A stretch of 25,893 nucleotides of DNA from a virus (taxonomy: Duplodnaviria; Caudoviricetes). This document shows positions 17,597-25,893 of this stretch, in pieces. The position numbers and the translations under genes are program-made. The first letter of the stretch is position 1; the number at the start of each line of letters is the position of its first letter. The notes beneath the pieces are model-generated. The model was given only the letters and a program-made list of their open reading frames with translations, had not been told where the DNA came from and ran no database searches. The stretch covers positions 1-25,893 of IMG/VR virus record IMGVR_UViG_3300020045_016145; one strand, given 5' to 3'.

Positions 17597-17974
17597 ATGG
17601 CAACAACAAAAATAACATTTGCTGATAAGATTGCGGTTATACCGCCAGGAACTCGTATTAATCAAGTATGGGACTTAGATGTTAACGAAATTAAAAATGC
17701 TATTAATAAAAATGCTGATGTACAAATTGTACATGCTCAAACAATAGCTAACATTGTAAATAATGGCGATTTTAATGTTGTTACTTATAATGAAGATTTT
17801 ACTTATACAAGTGGACCACAAACATTTGCAATAGCTATTCCAGGGGTAGTTGTTAAAAATGTATTTAGAGGCAGAGTAAGATTATTTAACGATGAATATA
17901 CTTTTGTAGATGGAGTAGTCACAATAACTTATGAGACTTTAGAATCAGGAGAAAAAATTTCAATAACTAATTAA
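17597..17974 (+). CDS. Small tail-fibre-associated structural protein
   Basis: N-terminal KITFADK...DVNEIKNAINKN and a C-terminal small beta domain (FTYTSGPQTF...EYTF.DGVVTI); directly upstream of the fibre gene. Confidence 0.5.
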   Translation: MATTKITFADKIAVIPPGTRINQVWDLDVNEIKNAINKNADVQIVHAQTIANIVNNGDFNVVTYNEDFTYTSGPQTFAIAIPGVVVKNVFRGRVRLFNDEYTFVDGVVTITYETLESGEKISITN

Positions 17975-17993
17975 TAATAAACAAAAACAAACT

Positions 17994-20900
17994 ATGAAGA
18001 CAAAAATTTTAATTATTGTAGTGTTCTTATTTACATTAGGAACATGGGCTCAAGGCGTCGTAACGCCTGTAGACAGACTTAAAATAAAAGTGCCGCCAAA
18101 AAATAATGTTGCGACCAGGGTATTAGTACAAGATACAATTTCAAAAGAAGTTGGTTGGGTACTTAAATCTACTTTGACACCTACAAAACAATTTGTAAAT
18201 GAAATAACAGAACAAAAAGGATTTACTCTTACAGGTCAAGACTTAGTTATAAACGCTGATTGGGAGTGGATTATCAATGATAATCTATATTCTAATACAG
18301 CTAGTCAAACTATAAACATTCCATTAGCTTCTACTGGGATGTCTAGAATTGATATTGTGGTTTGTAATACAGCAAATGGATTCGTAAGAGTGGTAGGCAC
18401 AGAAAGTTCAACTACGCCAAATGCGCCGCCAATTCCTTTAAATACCATACAAGCTACCTTCTTTGTTGTTGAAGACACTGTAATTGAAGAACCGGCTCCA
18501 GCGGTAACAAGTAGCCTTTACATACCTAAATCGGATAAAGTAAGAAGCATTTTAACTGGGAGTAGCGCATTAATATCAGCAGGTAAATTTGCGCAGAGAA
18601 GCTCTTTTGAATTTGTAGGAGCATACACAACAGTGTCTAAAATATCTTGGTCTAATAATAGAGACGGATATTATGGAAGAATATTTACATTTAAAAATGG
18701 TCAAGCTACTAATATTACAATAACCCATGACTCAAATAGTGGTCCTGGAAATCCTTTTATTTTTTCTAATGGACAAGACTATGTATTGACTCCAAATGAA
18801 ATAATAGAATTTTCATTTAATTCTAACACAAATAAGTTAGAACATATTGGAAAAATAGCGTCTATTCCATCTGCTGCTATAACAGACGGAGTTACAACTA
18901 CTTCGCCAAGTGAAAATGCTGTGTTTGATGCATTAGCTACTAAAGCAAATACTTCTTTATTAAATAACTATATTCCATTAACTGGAACAACAGTTGGTAA
19001 TCCTGTCGCAGGCGATATAGAGGTGTCAGATGGCTTTAGACTATTAATAGATGATGGAAGTATAAATATTGGAGGTTTTATAGGTAATATAATGTTGCCA
19101 TCTGACGGAGGAGGAACTAATAACCCAACTATAGCTTATCCAGAAGCCTCTCACGGGCTTGGAGGACTTTTTGATTATTCTCCAAACATCACAAATCTTG
19201 ATTACACGCAAAAAATATATGTAGATACTGGATTAGCTACAAAACAAGATTCTTTAGTTTCAGGTACAAACATAAAAACTATTAATGGCAATAGTTTATT
19301 AGGCTCTGGAGACGTTGTAATATCTGGTAGCGGTACAACAGAAACTGCTTCTAATGGTTTGACTAAGGTTGCTGATGATATTAAATTAGGTGGAGTTTTA
19401 ACAGGTAACACATCAATAGATTTAGGTAGTGGTGCAACACAGAATAAATTAACATTAGTATCAACATCAACAGGTACTCCAGTTGGGCATAATGCATTAG
19501 AAGTTAATGTTTCAGGAGCAGTTACCGGGACAAATAATTCAGCTGGATATTTTGTAAATACAAGAACAGGTTCTGTAACTAACTATGCTCTTCAAGGTAT
19601 AAGTTCAGGTGGCTCTGTTAATAATGGTGTTAAAGGAGATGGAACATCTGTTGGAGTACTTGGAAATTCTACTGGTAATTTTGGTATGGGTGTTAAAGGT
19701 TCTGTTAGCGGAACAAATGCCGTTGCTATTCAAGCTAGTGCAACAAGTACTTCTAGTGGAGTGGTTTCTAATACAGTTGAAGGTATTCCTATTATTGCAA
19801 ATATGGTATCAACTAATTTAACAGCTGTTAAAAGAACGCTTATTTTAAATAGACTTGCAGCAAGTCCAGGTGGCTCGGATGGTATTGGTAATAGTATATT
19901 ATTTCAAACAGGAACTAATGGTGTTGTTACATCTACTGATTCTAATGAACTAATAAGTAAATGGACAAATGCGACATATGCTAATAGAACGTCAGAGTTT
20001 TCTATAACAGGTTTAAATAATTCTACTACAAATACATTAATGACCTTAGGTGGCGCAGGAAAAACAACTTTAAATAAATATGGAGTTGGAGCTTTTACAG
20101 GAACACCTACTTATGCATTACAAGTAGATGCTTCTGGTAATATTATAGAAGGAGCATTAGCAGGTGGAGGTGGAGCAACTAATCTTTCATACGCAGCTTC
20201 TCCTACAAACGGAACTGTTACTAGTGATACAGGAGCAGACGCCGCTATACCTTTAGCTGACGGTGTTAATGCTGGTTTAATAACTCCAGCTGAAAAAACT
20301 AAAATAGCTAGTTCTATAACTTCATATACTGAAACAGACCCGTTATCATTGAAGTCAGCTAATAATCTTTCTGATTTAACAAATGTAACAACAGCGAGAA
20401 CTAATTTAGGCTTAGGAACATTAGCGTTGTCAAATGCTACTATTCCTACAAACACAAATGAATTAACTAATGGCAGTGGTTATATCACGTCTTACACAGA
20501 GACAGACCCAGTTGTAAAAGCTATCACAGGATTAGTCAAAAGCAATGGTACAACTATTAGCGCAGCTATAGCTGGAACTGATTATTTAACACCAACAGGC
20601 AGTGCTGGAGCTTTAACTTCTTTCCCGACATTAAACCAAAACACAACAGGTAATGCTGATACAGCTACTAATTTAACAGGTTTAACCACTAGCGTTGCTA
20701 CTTTAAATAATCAATCTGGAACTAACACTGGAGATAATTCAGTTAACTCTAATTATGCTTCTGATTATAGAGCTGCAAATTTTGTAGCTGGAACTAATTA
20801 TCAAGCTCCTATTACGTTAACAACTACAGGTACATCTGGAGCATCAACACTTATAGGAAACACATTAAATATTCCTAGCTATAGTGGTGGCGCAGGGGGA

Positions 20901-23156
20901 TTAAGTGGTGGTGTAATAAATTACATACCTAAATATGACTCTACAACTAGTATTGTACCAGGAAGTATATATGACAATGGAAATGTAGGAATTGGCACAA
21001 CAACACCTGCTAGTAAATTAGATGTAAATAGCGAAATTATCGGAGCCTCAGGAATTAGGTTGTCTAATATGCCAGCAAACAATAATATGACAATAGCAAA
21101 TAATTTAACAGTTAGTTCTTATCCTGAATTTATAGCGACAGATAAATTTGGCAATGTATTCGTTACGCAATCTGCTCCTACTAATCTTATTACTAAAATT
21201 ACGCCGACTGGAACTGTTACTACTGGATGGGCTACAACAGGAGGAAATCCAAGAGGCATAGTATTTGACTCATATGGTAATATATATACGCCAAATTCAA
21301 ATACTAATACAGTTACTAAAATAACCCCTTCTGGAGTTACTACTACTTACGCTACGCTTACCGCTGGGTTTAAAACACCTAGAGGTATAGTTATAGATGC
21401 TTCAAATAATTTATTTACGGTAAATTATAATACAAATGATATTACTAAAATAACTGGATTAGAAACATTTACTACTTTTGGAAATATATCAACAAATAGT
21501 AATTGTATTGTCATGGATTCTTCTGGAAATCTATATACAACAAGCGGGGCAACTAATACAATTATAAAAACAACGCAAGCAGGAGTTAGCACTACTTTTG
21601 CAACACTAGGTAATAACGCAGGTAGATTAGCTATAGATTCAAATGACAATATATATTGTGCATCTGGGTCTGTATCTGGTATTATTTATAAAATAACTTC
21701 AGTAGGTGTTGTTACAACTTTTGCAACTTTAGATAATTTCGGTAGTCATATATTTATTGATAATAACAATACATTATATGTATCATCATCTAACTTAGCT
21801 AAATTTTATAAAATAACCGCAGATGGCACAATTACAAGTTCAGCTTTATCAACAACACTAGGATATGGTATAACAAAAAATAATAGTGGAATATATGTTT
21901 GTTTATACAATTCAGGATTAGTTGCAAAAGTTACTGAGTCAACTAATATATCTGAGGTGCTAGCTGTTAATTCAACTGGCGATATAGTTAATAATCCTAA
22001 TTTAACAACAACTGTCGGCAATACAATTGCAAATATAACTTCAGATACAACTGGAAAAGCTATAATAACTAAAGAATATTTTGCAGCTAATGCAGGCGGT
22101 ACAGATACTAATGCTGTTCATAAAACAGGAAACGAAACTATAACAGGTATAAAAACATTTTCTGTTGCTGATAGTTCTACAAATTTAACGCTAACAAATA
22201 GCGGAAATAGCACAGAAGCAATGAGTATAACAAACACAGGGTCTGGCAATTTTGAAAAAGGACTTTCAATAACTAATAATTCAGCAGGCGGTTTCGGATT
22301 AGTATCAATAAACAATTCAGGCAATGCCGCTGGACGTTTTATAAATAACGGGACGGTTAATGCTATAATAGCAGAAAACAACGGTACAGGTTCTGGAATT
22401 GAAATAATGAATTTAGGCAGCGGTAGCGGGTCAGCATTGCTAATAAATAATGGTACTTCATTAATTAGTTCATCAGCAGGCATAATAATTAATTCAGAAG
22501 CGGCTAGTACAGCAAAATTATTTATAGGTAAAAGCAGTAGTGTAGAGACGTCTTCAATATCTAAAAATGGCGACATAGCTGGAAACTCATTTATAAAAAC
22601 AGGCGGAACTGGAGCACAATATTTAATGGCTGATGGAACAACTAGCGCTGGCTCGACTTCAACTGATTCTAGATTAATAACAGACGTGTTAACTGCTGAC
22701 CAAAGCAATTCAACGGTAACGCTAACTAAAGTAACTGGATTAGATCAAACATTAGAAACTGGTATATACCAATTCAAATATATGGTTAGATATCAGTCAT
22801 CAGCTACAACTACTGGTGTTAGATTTTCTGTTAATCATACTGGAACATTAGGATTCTTTACCGCAACAGAACGTTGGACAGACGTTTCAGCAACAGCGTC
22901 TACCGCTACGACGACTCAAAATGGCGTTATTTCAGCTGGACAGGTTACTGGTAATATGAGTGCGAGAGCTAAGTCGACAACTGGCTGGGGAACAACTTTA
23001 GGAGTTGATACAATTAATGCTGATATGATGATTATTATAGAAGGAACATTCGAAGTTACAGCATCAGGTAATATAGAGTTGTGGCATGGTTCTGAAACAG
23101 CAAATGCTACAACTGTAAAAGCTGGCAGTAATTTAGTAATAACAAAAGTAAACTAA
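17994..23156 (+). CDS. Giant fibre/adhesin-like mosaic protein with N-terminal signal peptide and NHL-like beta-propeller
   Basis: Fibre-type motifs KQDSLVSGTNIKTINGNSLLGSG, NNLSDL....ARTNLGLG, ETDP, AVHKTGNETITGIKTF, GNVGIGTTTP and FIKTGGT..QYLMADG; seven NHL-like repeats; Gly/Asn/Ser solenoid-like stretches; beta-rich C-terminal head. Confidence 0.75.
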   Translation: MKTKILIIVVFLFTLGTWAQGVVTPVDRLKIKVPPKNNVATRVLVQDTISKEVGWVLKSTLTPTKQFVNEITEQKGFTLTGQDLVINADWEWIINDNLYSNTASQTINIPLASTGMSRIDIVVCNTANGFVRVVGTESSTTPNAPPIPLNTIQATFFVVEDTVIEEPAPAVTSSLYIPKSDKVRSILTGSSALISAGKFAQRSSFEFVGAYTTVSKISWSNNRDGYYGRIFTFKNGQATNITITHDSNSGPGNPFIFSNGQDYVLTPNEIIEFSFNSNTNKLEHIGKIASIPSAAITDGVTTTSPSENAVFDALATKANTSLLNNYIPLTGTTVGNPVAGDIEVSDGFRLLIDDGSINIGGFIGNIMLPSDGGGTNNPTIAYPEASHGLGGLFDYSPNITNLDYTQKIYVDTGLATKQDSLVSGTNIKTINGNSLLGSGDVVISGSGTTETASNGLTKVADDIKLGGVLTGNTSIDLGSGATQNKLTLVSTSTGTPVGHNALEVNVSGAVTGTNNSAGYFVNTRTGSVTNYALQGISSGGSVNNGVKGDGTSVGVLGNSTGNFGMGVKGSVSGTNAVAIQASATSTSSGVVSNTVEGIPIIANMVSTNLTAVKRTLILNRLAASPGGSDGIGNSILFQTGTNGVVTSTDSNELISKWTNATYANRTSEFSITGLNNSTTNTLMTLGGAGKTTLNKYGVGAFTGTPTYALQVDASGNIIEGALAGGGGATNLSYAASPTNGTVTSDTGADAAIPLADGVNAGLITPAEKTKIASSITSYTETDPLSLKSANNLSDLTNVTTARTNLGLGTLALSNATIPTNTNELTNGSGYITSYTETDPVVKAITGLVKSNGTTISAAIAGTDYLTPTGSAGALTSFPTLNQNTTGNADTATNLTGLTTSVATLNNQSGTNTGDNSVNSNYASDYRAANFVAGTNYQAPITLTTTGTSGASTLIGNTLNIPSYSGGAGGLSGGVINYIPKYDSTTSIVPGSIYDNGNVGIGTTTPASKLDVNSEIIGASGIRLSNMPANNNMTIANNLTVSSYPEFIATDKFGNVFVTQSAPTNLITKITPTGTVTTGWATTGGNPRGIVFDSYGNIYTPNSNTNTVTKITPSGVTTTYATLTAGFKTPRGIVIDASNNLFTVNYNTNDITKITGLETFTTFGNISTNSNCIVMDSSGNLYTTSGATNTIIKTTQAGVSTTFATLGNNAGRLAIDSNDNIYCASGSVSGIIYKITSVGVVTTFATLDNFGSHIFIDNNNTLYVSSSNLAKFYKITADGTITSSALSTTLGYGITKNNSGIYVCLYNSGLVAKVTESTNISEVLAVNSTGDIVNNPNLTTTVGNTIANITSDTTGKAIITKEYFAANAGGTDTNAVHKTGNETITGIKTFSVADSSTNLTLTNSGNSTEAMSITNTGSGNFEKGLSITNNSAGGFGLVSINNSGNAAGRFINNGTVNAIIAENNGTGSGIEIMNLGSGSGSALLINNGTSLISSSAGIIINSEAASTAKLFIGKSSSVETSSISKNGDIAGNSFIKTGGTGAQYLMADGTTSAGSTSTDSRLITDVLTADQSNSTVTLTKVTGLDQTLETGIYQFKYMVRYQSSATTTGVRFSVNHTGTLGFFTATERWTDVSATASTATTTQNGVISAGQVTGNMSARAKSTTGWGTTLGVDTINADMMIIIEGTFEVTASGNIELWHGSETANATTVKAGSNLVITKVN

Positions 23157-23167
23157 AAAATAAAATT

Positions 23168-23245
23168 ATGAAATTTATAGCTAAAATATATGAAAGAATA
23201 TCTTTCTTTTTGTACGGGGGTAAATCTTTAAATCAAAATTATTAA
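23168..23245 (+). CDS. Possible 25-aa microprotein
   Basis: MKFIAKIYERISFFLYGGKSLNQNY* fills the gap with a good start context (AAAATTATG) and ends 2 nt before the next ATG. Confidence 0.35.
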   Translation: MKFIAKIYERISFFLYGGKSLNQNY

Positions 23246-23247
23246 AG

Positions 23248-23850
23248 ATGCTATATTTAAACTACATAAAATATACCATAATCCTAGCGCTTGTTTGCGC
23301 TGGGGTTTGGTTTATTAAAGACTATATAGACAAAAAAGAATTTAAACAAGATACTGAAGCTAATGCTTTATCACAAAAGCGTTTTGATAGTCTACGTGTT
23401 TCATATACTGTTTTGACAGACAAACAAATGATGGAAACATTAAAAGAGAATAATGAATATAAAGCATTGTTAAAAGAGAATAATATTAAGTTGGGTAGGG
23501 TAACGTCAGTTATGCAGAGTATTTTAAAGTATAGAGACACGACTATTATAACAACAGATTTATCAGAAGTTGTTAAAGCTATTAATTCTAAAAAAGATAT
23601 ATCAATGCCGTTTAAAGATTCTACTAAATGTTTAGTTATAAAAGGAAGGGTAGATTTTATAAATGGAATTGGAACATTAAATATTACGGATAGGATTTCT
23701 AATAACAAAACAACTATATTTGCTTATTGGGAAAGAAGAGAATGGAAATTACTTGGTTTCAAAACTAGGTTCTTAGGTAAAAAACAAGGTACCGCAAAAG
23801 TTATAGATGAATGCGGCGAAAGCAAAACTATAAACATTGAAAAAAGATGA
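23248..23850 (+). CDS. N-terminally membrane-anchored protein, Rz/i-spanin-like candidate
   Basis: Single N-terminal transmembrane segment (YTIILALVCAGVWFI), coiled-coil region, then beta-rich C-terminus with WKLLGFKTRFLGKK. Confidence 0.5.
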   Translation: MLYLNYIKYTIILALVCAGVWFIKDYIDKKEFKQDTEANALSQKRFDSLRVSYTVLTDKQMMETLKENNEYKALLKENNIKLGRVTSVMQSILKYRDTTIITTDLSEVVKAINSKKDISMPFKDSTKCLVIKGRVDFINGIGTLNITDRISNNKTTIFAYWERREWKLLGFKTRFLGKKQGTAKVIDECGESKTINIEKR

Positions 23851-24031
23851 AAAAATGGAAAATGTTTTATCAAAACCAACGTTAAGTAAAAAAGAAGCCC
23901 AAAGTGAATGTACTCACTTTTTATCACCTAGATTTACAAAAAAAGATAGAGCTATTGTCGCTGAATTATTAATGCGAGAATATAAAGATGGATTTATAAA
24001 CGGTTATAATTTAAAAATTAAAGAAAAATAA
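23837..24031 (+). CDS. Small hypothetical protein
   Basis: 64-aa ORF overlapping the previous stop and ending 1 nt before the next ATG. Confidence 0.45.
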   Translation: MKKDEKMENVLSKPTLSKKEAQSECTHFLSPRFTKKDRAIVAELLMREYKDGFINGYNLKIKEK

Positions 24032-24032
24032 A

Positions 24033-25893
24033 ATGGCAAAATCAAGAATAGAAGTAAAATTCATAAGTATACCATTATTAGATGACGCGTTAGGTTTTAG
24101 CAACAGCTCAACATCTTATTTACAATATCCAGTAGAAACATTTGTAGACTTAAGGTCTAATCTTAAAGAAGCAACTATAGGCACGTCAATTAATAATTCA
24201 GCTGTAAAATATTACTCAGCTTTAATGTTAGATTATAATAACACTGGTTTATATACTTTTTCAGTTAATGGAGATACAGTAACAATAACATCTACTTTAC
24301 CAAATACTGTATTTGCTTTGAATATGGACTTAGGTTCTTTTTATCAAGTAACAATATTTAATGAAGTAGAAGCAGAGCCAATATCTATATCAAGTATTAC
24401 ATTTTCAACTTTTTTAGCAGAACCTGGTGACAAAGTTAATGTTAATGTAACAACGTCTGTATTAGCTAATTCTTATACACATGGAGATATAACAGTAAAT
24501 CCAAACTTAGTTAATCCAATAGTGTATCAAGCGCTAAGAGGGCAAACTGAATTATTAATAGTTTCTAAAATAGACGGTTTAGATGTAACTACAGCTCAAC
24601 AAAGTGTTGTAGCTCCAGATGCTTTATCAGCTGGAAATATAACAATTAATTTAGTAAATACTCCTAATGGTTCTAATGCTACATTTGATGTTATTATGAC
24701 ATACTTATTAGTTTTAGAATATTCTTTAAATGGCACAGCTTGGCAATCATCTAATGCTTTTTCAGGTTTAGAACCAGGAAACTACACTGTATATGTTAGA
24801 GACCAATTTGGATATATTGTAAATAGAAATTTTGCGGTAGATATTTTTAGTCCTACAACACCAACTAGCCAACCTAAGGAAGAATTTTCGTATATATCTA
24901 AAGCTATGTCTATAAGATATAAAAGAAATCAAGAATGGGATTATAATGATATTTATAAAACGCCTGAAAATACACTTAGTTGCGAAGAGGATGTTTTAAT
25001 AGCTTATAAATATAAACAAAAGTTCAAGCCAACAAATGTTGTTAAAACACAGTTCCTTTCTAACTATGCAACAATATCAGCTAATGTAATTAAAAGTAAT
25101 GGAACGAAAGATTCTTTAACAATAGTTAAAAAAATTAATTTTATAGACATAGAAGATAAAAGAGATGCTAGAATGTATAAAGTATCAGAAGGTAAACTTG
25201 GTATATATTTTACTTCTGGTAATACTTATGATTATTCAACAGGTATAGATAATGGTGATTATGCATTAAATGGTTCTTTACCTGATTATGGAGTAATAGG
25301 CGGTTATATAGGAATAGATATAGATGGTTGGTTTTTAATTGAAGATATAATATATAGCGAAGCTAAAAATGCAGATGTGCTTATAGTTTCTAAAGTATAT
25401 AATGGAATTGATTATCCAGTTGTGGTTTATGCTAAGTACAACAAAAAGAATTTTAATGTGTATGAGTTTGCTGTTGATTTTTCACAATACAATAATCAAG
25501 AGATTCAAATTGAAATTTTGCAAGAATCAACCGTTGATGGTTTTACTCCTTACAACTATCTTAGTGAAGTTATAGAAGTATCAGATTATTGGATTAATAC
25601 TGTTGAGATTAAATGGGCAAATGAAACAGATACACTTTTGTTCTATTCTACAGGAATACATCATATAGGTAATTTTGAATTTACAACTTTTAAACTAGGA
25701 AAAGATTCTACGTTAGAAATTCACAAAACACCTTATGCTTCAGTTGTTATAGAAGCTAGCAATAATGAATTAAGAGAGTTGTTAATAGAAGATGTTTCTA
25801 CAGAGATAGCGCAACAATTAATACAGATTGCTTTACACAAGTATATTTGCGTTAATGGATTGAGGTATATTTCAAATGAGAGTCCTGAGTTAG
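24033..25893 (+). CDS. Large tail/baseplate structural protein, 3'-truncated by the window edge; contains an SprB-repeat-like segment
   Basis: Absent from the ORF track. Hand translation from ATG 24033 (MAKSRIEVKF...) stays open for 620 codons to the end and includes LEYSLNGTAWQSSNAFSGLEPGNYTVYVRDQFG. Confidence 0.75.
   Translation, partial: MAKSRIEVKFISIPLLDDALGFSNSSTSYLQYPVETFVDLRSNLKEATIGTSINNSAVKYYSALMLDYNNTGLYTFSVNGDTVTITSTLPNTVFALNMDLGSFYQVTIFNEVEAEPISISSITFSTFLAEPGDKVNVNVTTSVLANSYTHGDITVNPNLVNPIVYQALRGQTELLIVSKIDGLDVTTAQQSVVAPDALSAGNITINLVNTPNGSNATFDVIMTYLLVLEYSLNGTAWQSSNAFSGLEPGNYTVYVRDQFGYIVNRNFAVDIFSPTTPTSQPKEEFSYISKAMSIRYKRNQEWDYNDIYKTPENTLSCEEDVLIAYKYKQKFKPTNVVKTQFLSNYATISANVIKSNGTKDSLTIVKKINFIDIEDKRDARMYKVSEGKLGIYFTSGNTYDYSTGIDNGDYALNGSLPDYGVIGGYIGIDIDGWFLIEDIIYSEAKNADVLIVSKVYNGIDYPVVVYAKYNKKNFNVYEFAVDFSQYNNQEIQIEILQESTVDGFTPYNYLSEVIEVSDYWINTVEIKWANETDTLLFYSTGIHHIGNFEFTTFKLGKDSTLEIHKTPYASVVIEASNNELRELLIEDVSTEIAQQLIQIALHKYICVNGLRYISNESPEL

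Noticed and set aside
19609-19821. Leu/Val-rich alternate-frame plus-strand ORF inside the fibre gene
   Set aside because: A frame-shifted reading of GGT/GTT/TCT-rich codons gives spurious hydrophobic peptides; there is no lipobox or good start context.
22118-22708. 196-aa minus-strand ORF and the other antisense ORFs in the track (e.g. 327-725, 12038-12475, 16739-17107, 20111-20455, 23322-23708)
   Set aside because: They lie wholly or almost wholly opposite well-supported plus-strand genes, show no recognisable motifs, and are expected shadows of biased codon usage.
22900-23156. Type IX secretion C-terminal signal on the 1720-aa protein
   Set aside because: No YPNP-type start and no G-x-Y plus terminal K-x-x-K motifs at the expected spacing; the end looks more like a jelly-roll fibre head.
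23248-23310. Lipoprotein signal at LALVC in the spanin-like protein
   Set aside because: Val at -1 does not fit a lipobox and the hydrophobic stretch continues past the Cys, so it is better read as a transmembrane anchor.
1-25893. CRISPR array, tRNA genes, integrase/att site, tail sheath, alternative genetic code
   Set aside because: No regularly spaced repeats, cloverleaf structures, or recombinase or sheath motifs were seen. Genes are full length and densely packed under the standard code.

Overview
An AT-rich, entirely plus-strand late (morphogenesis) region of a tailed phage or prophage, most likely a siphovirus of a Bacteroidota (Flavobacteriaceae-like) host. The host call rests on TAnnTTTG promoter boxes, A-rich start contexts without Shine-Dalgarno sequences, and Bacteroidota-type protein motifs. 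Gene order: RHH-like regulator, putative TerS, VRR-NUC nuclease, PBSX-type TerL, a lysis cassette (membrane protein, holin, GH24 endolysin) placed between TerL and portal, portal, small accessory genes (two paralogues plus an unannotated 51-aa ORF), HK97-type protease and major capsid protein, head-tail genes, major tail protein, tape measure, a tail-tip protein with an FN3 domain, a 1720-aa fibre-like mosaic protein, a spanin-like membrane protein, and an unlisted ORF of more than 620 codons running off the right edge. No sheath, integrase, tRNA, CRISPR array or reverse transcriptase was seen. The most unusual observations are: (i) a cleavable Sec-type signal peptide with Gln at +1 on the giant fibre-like protein; (ii) two tandem GAAA-tetraloop hairpins with compensatory changes just upstream of the capsid gene; (iii) a DLITTEQ peptide and 29-nt repeat shared by two genes of the portal-protease insert; (iv) a possible -1 frameshift controlling the first lysis-cassette gene. 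All calls come from motif recognition by eye; no database searches were run.
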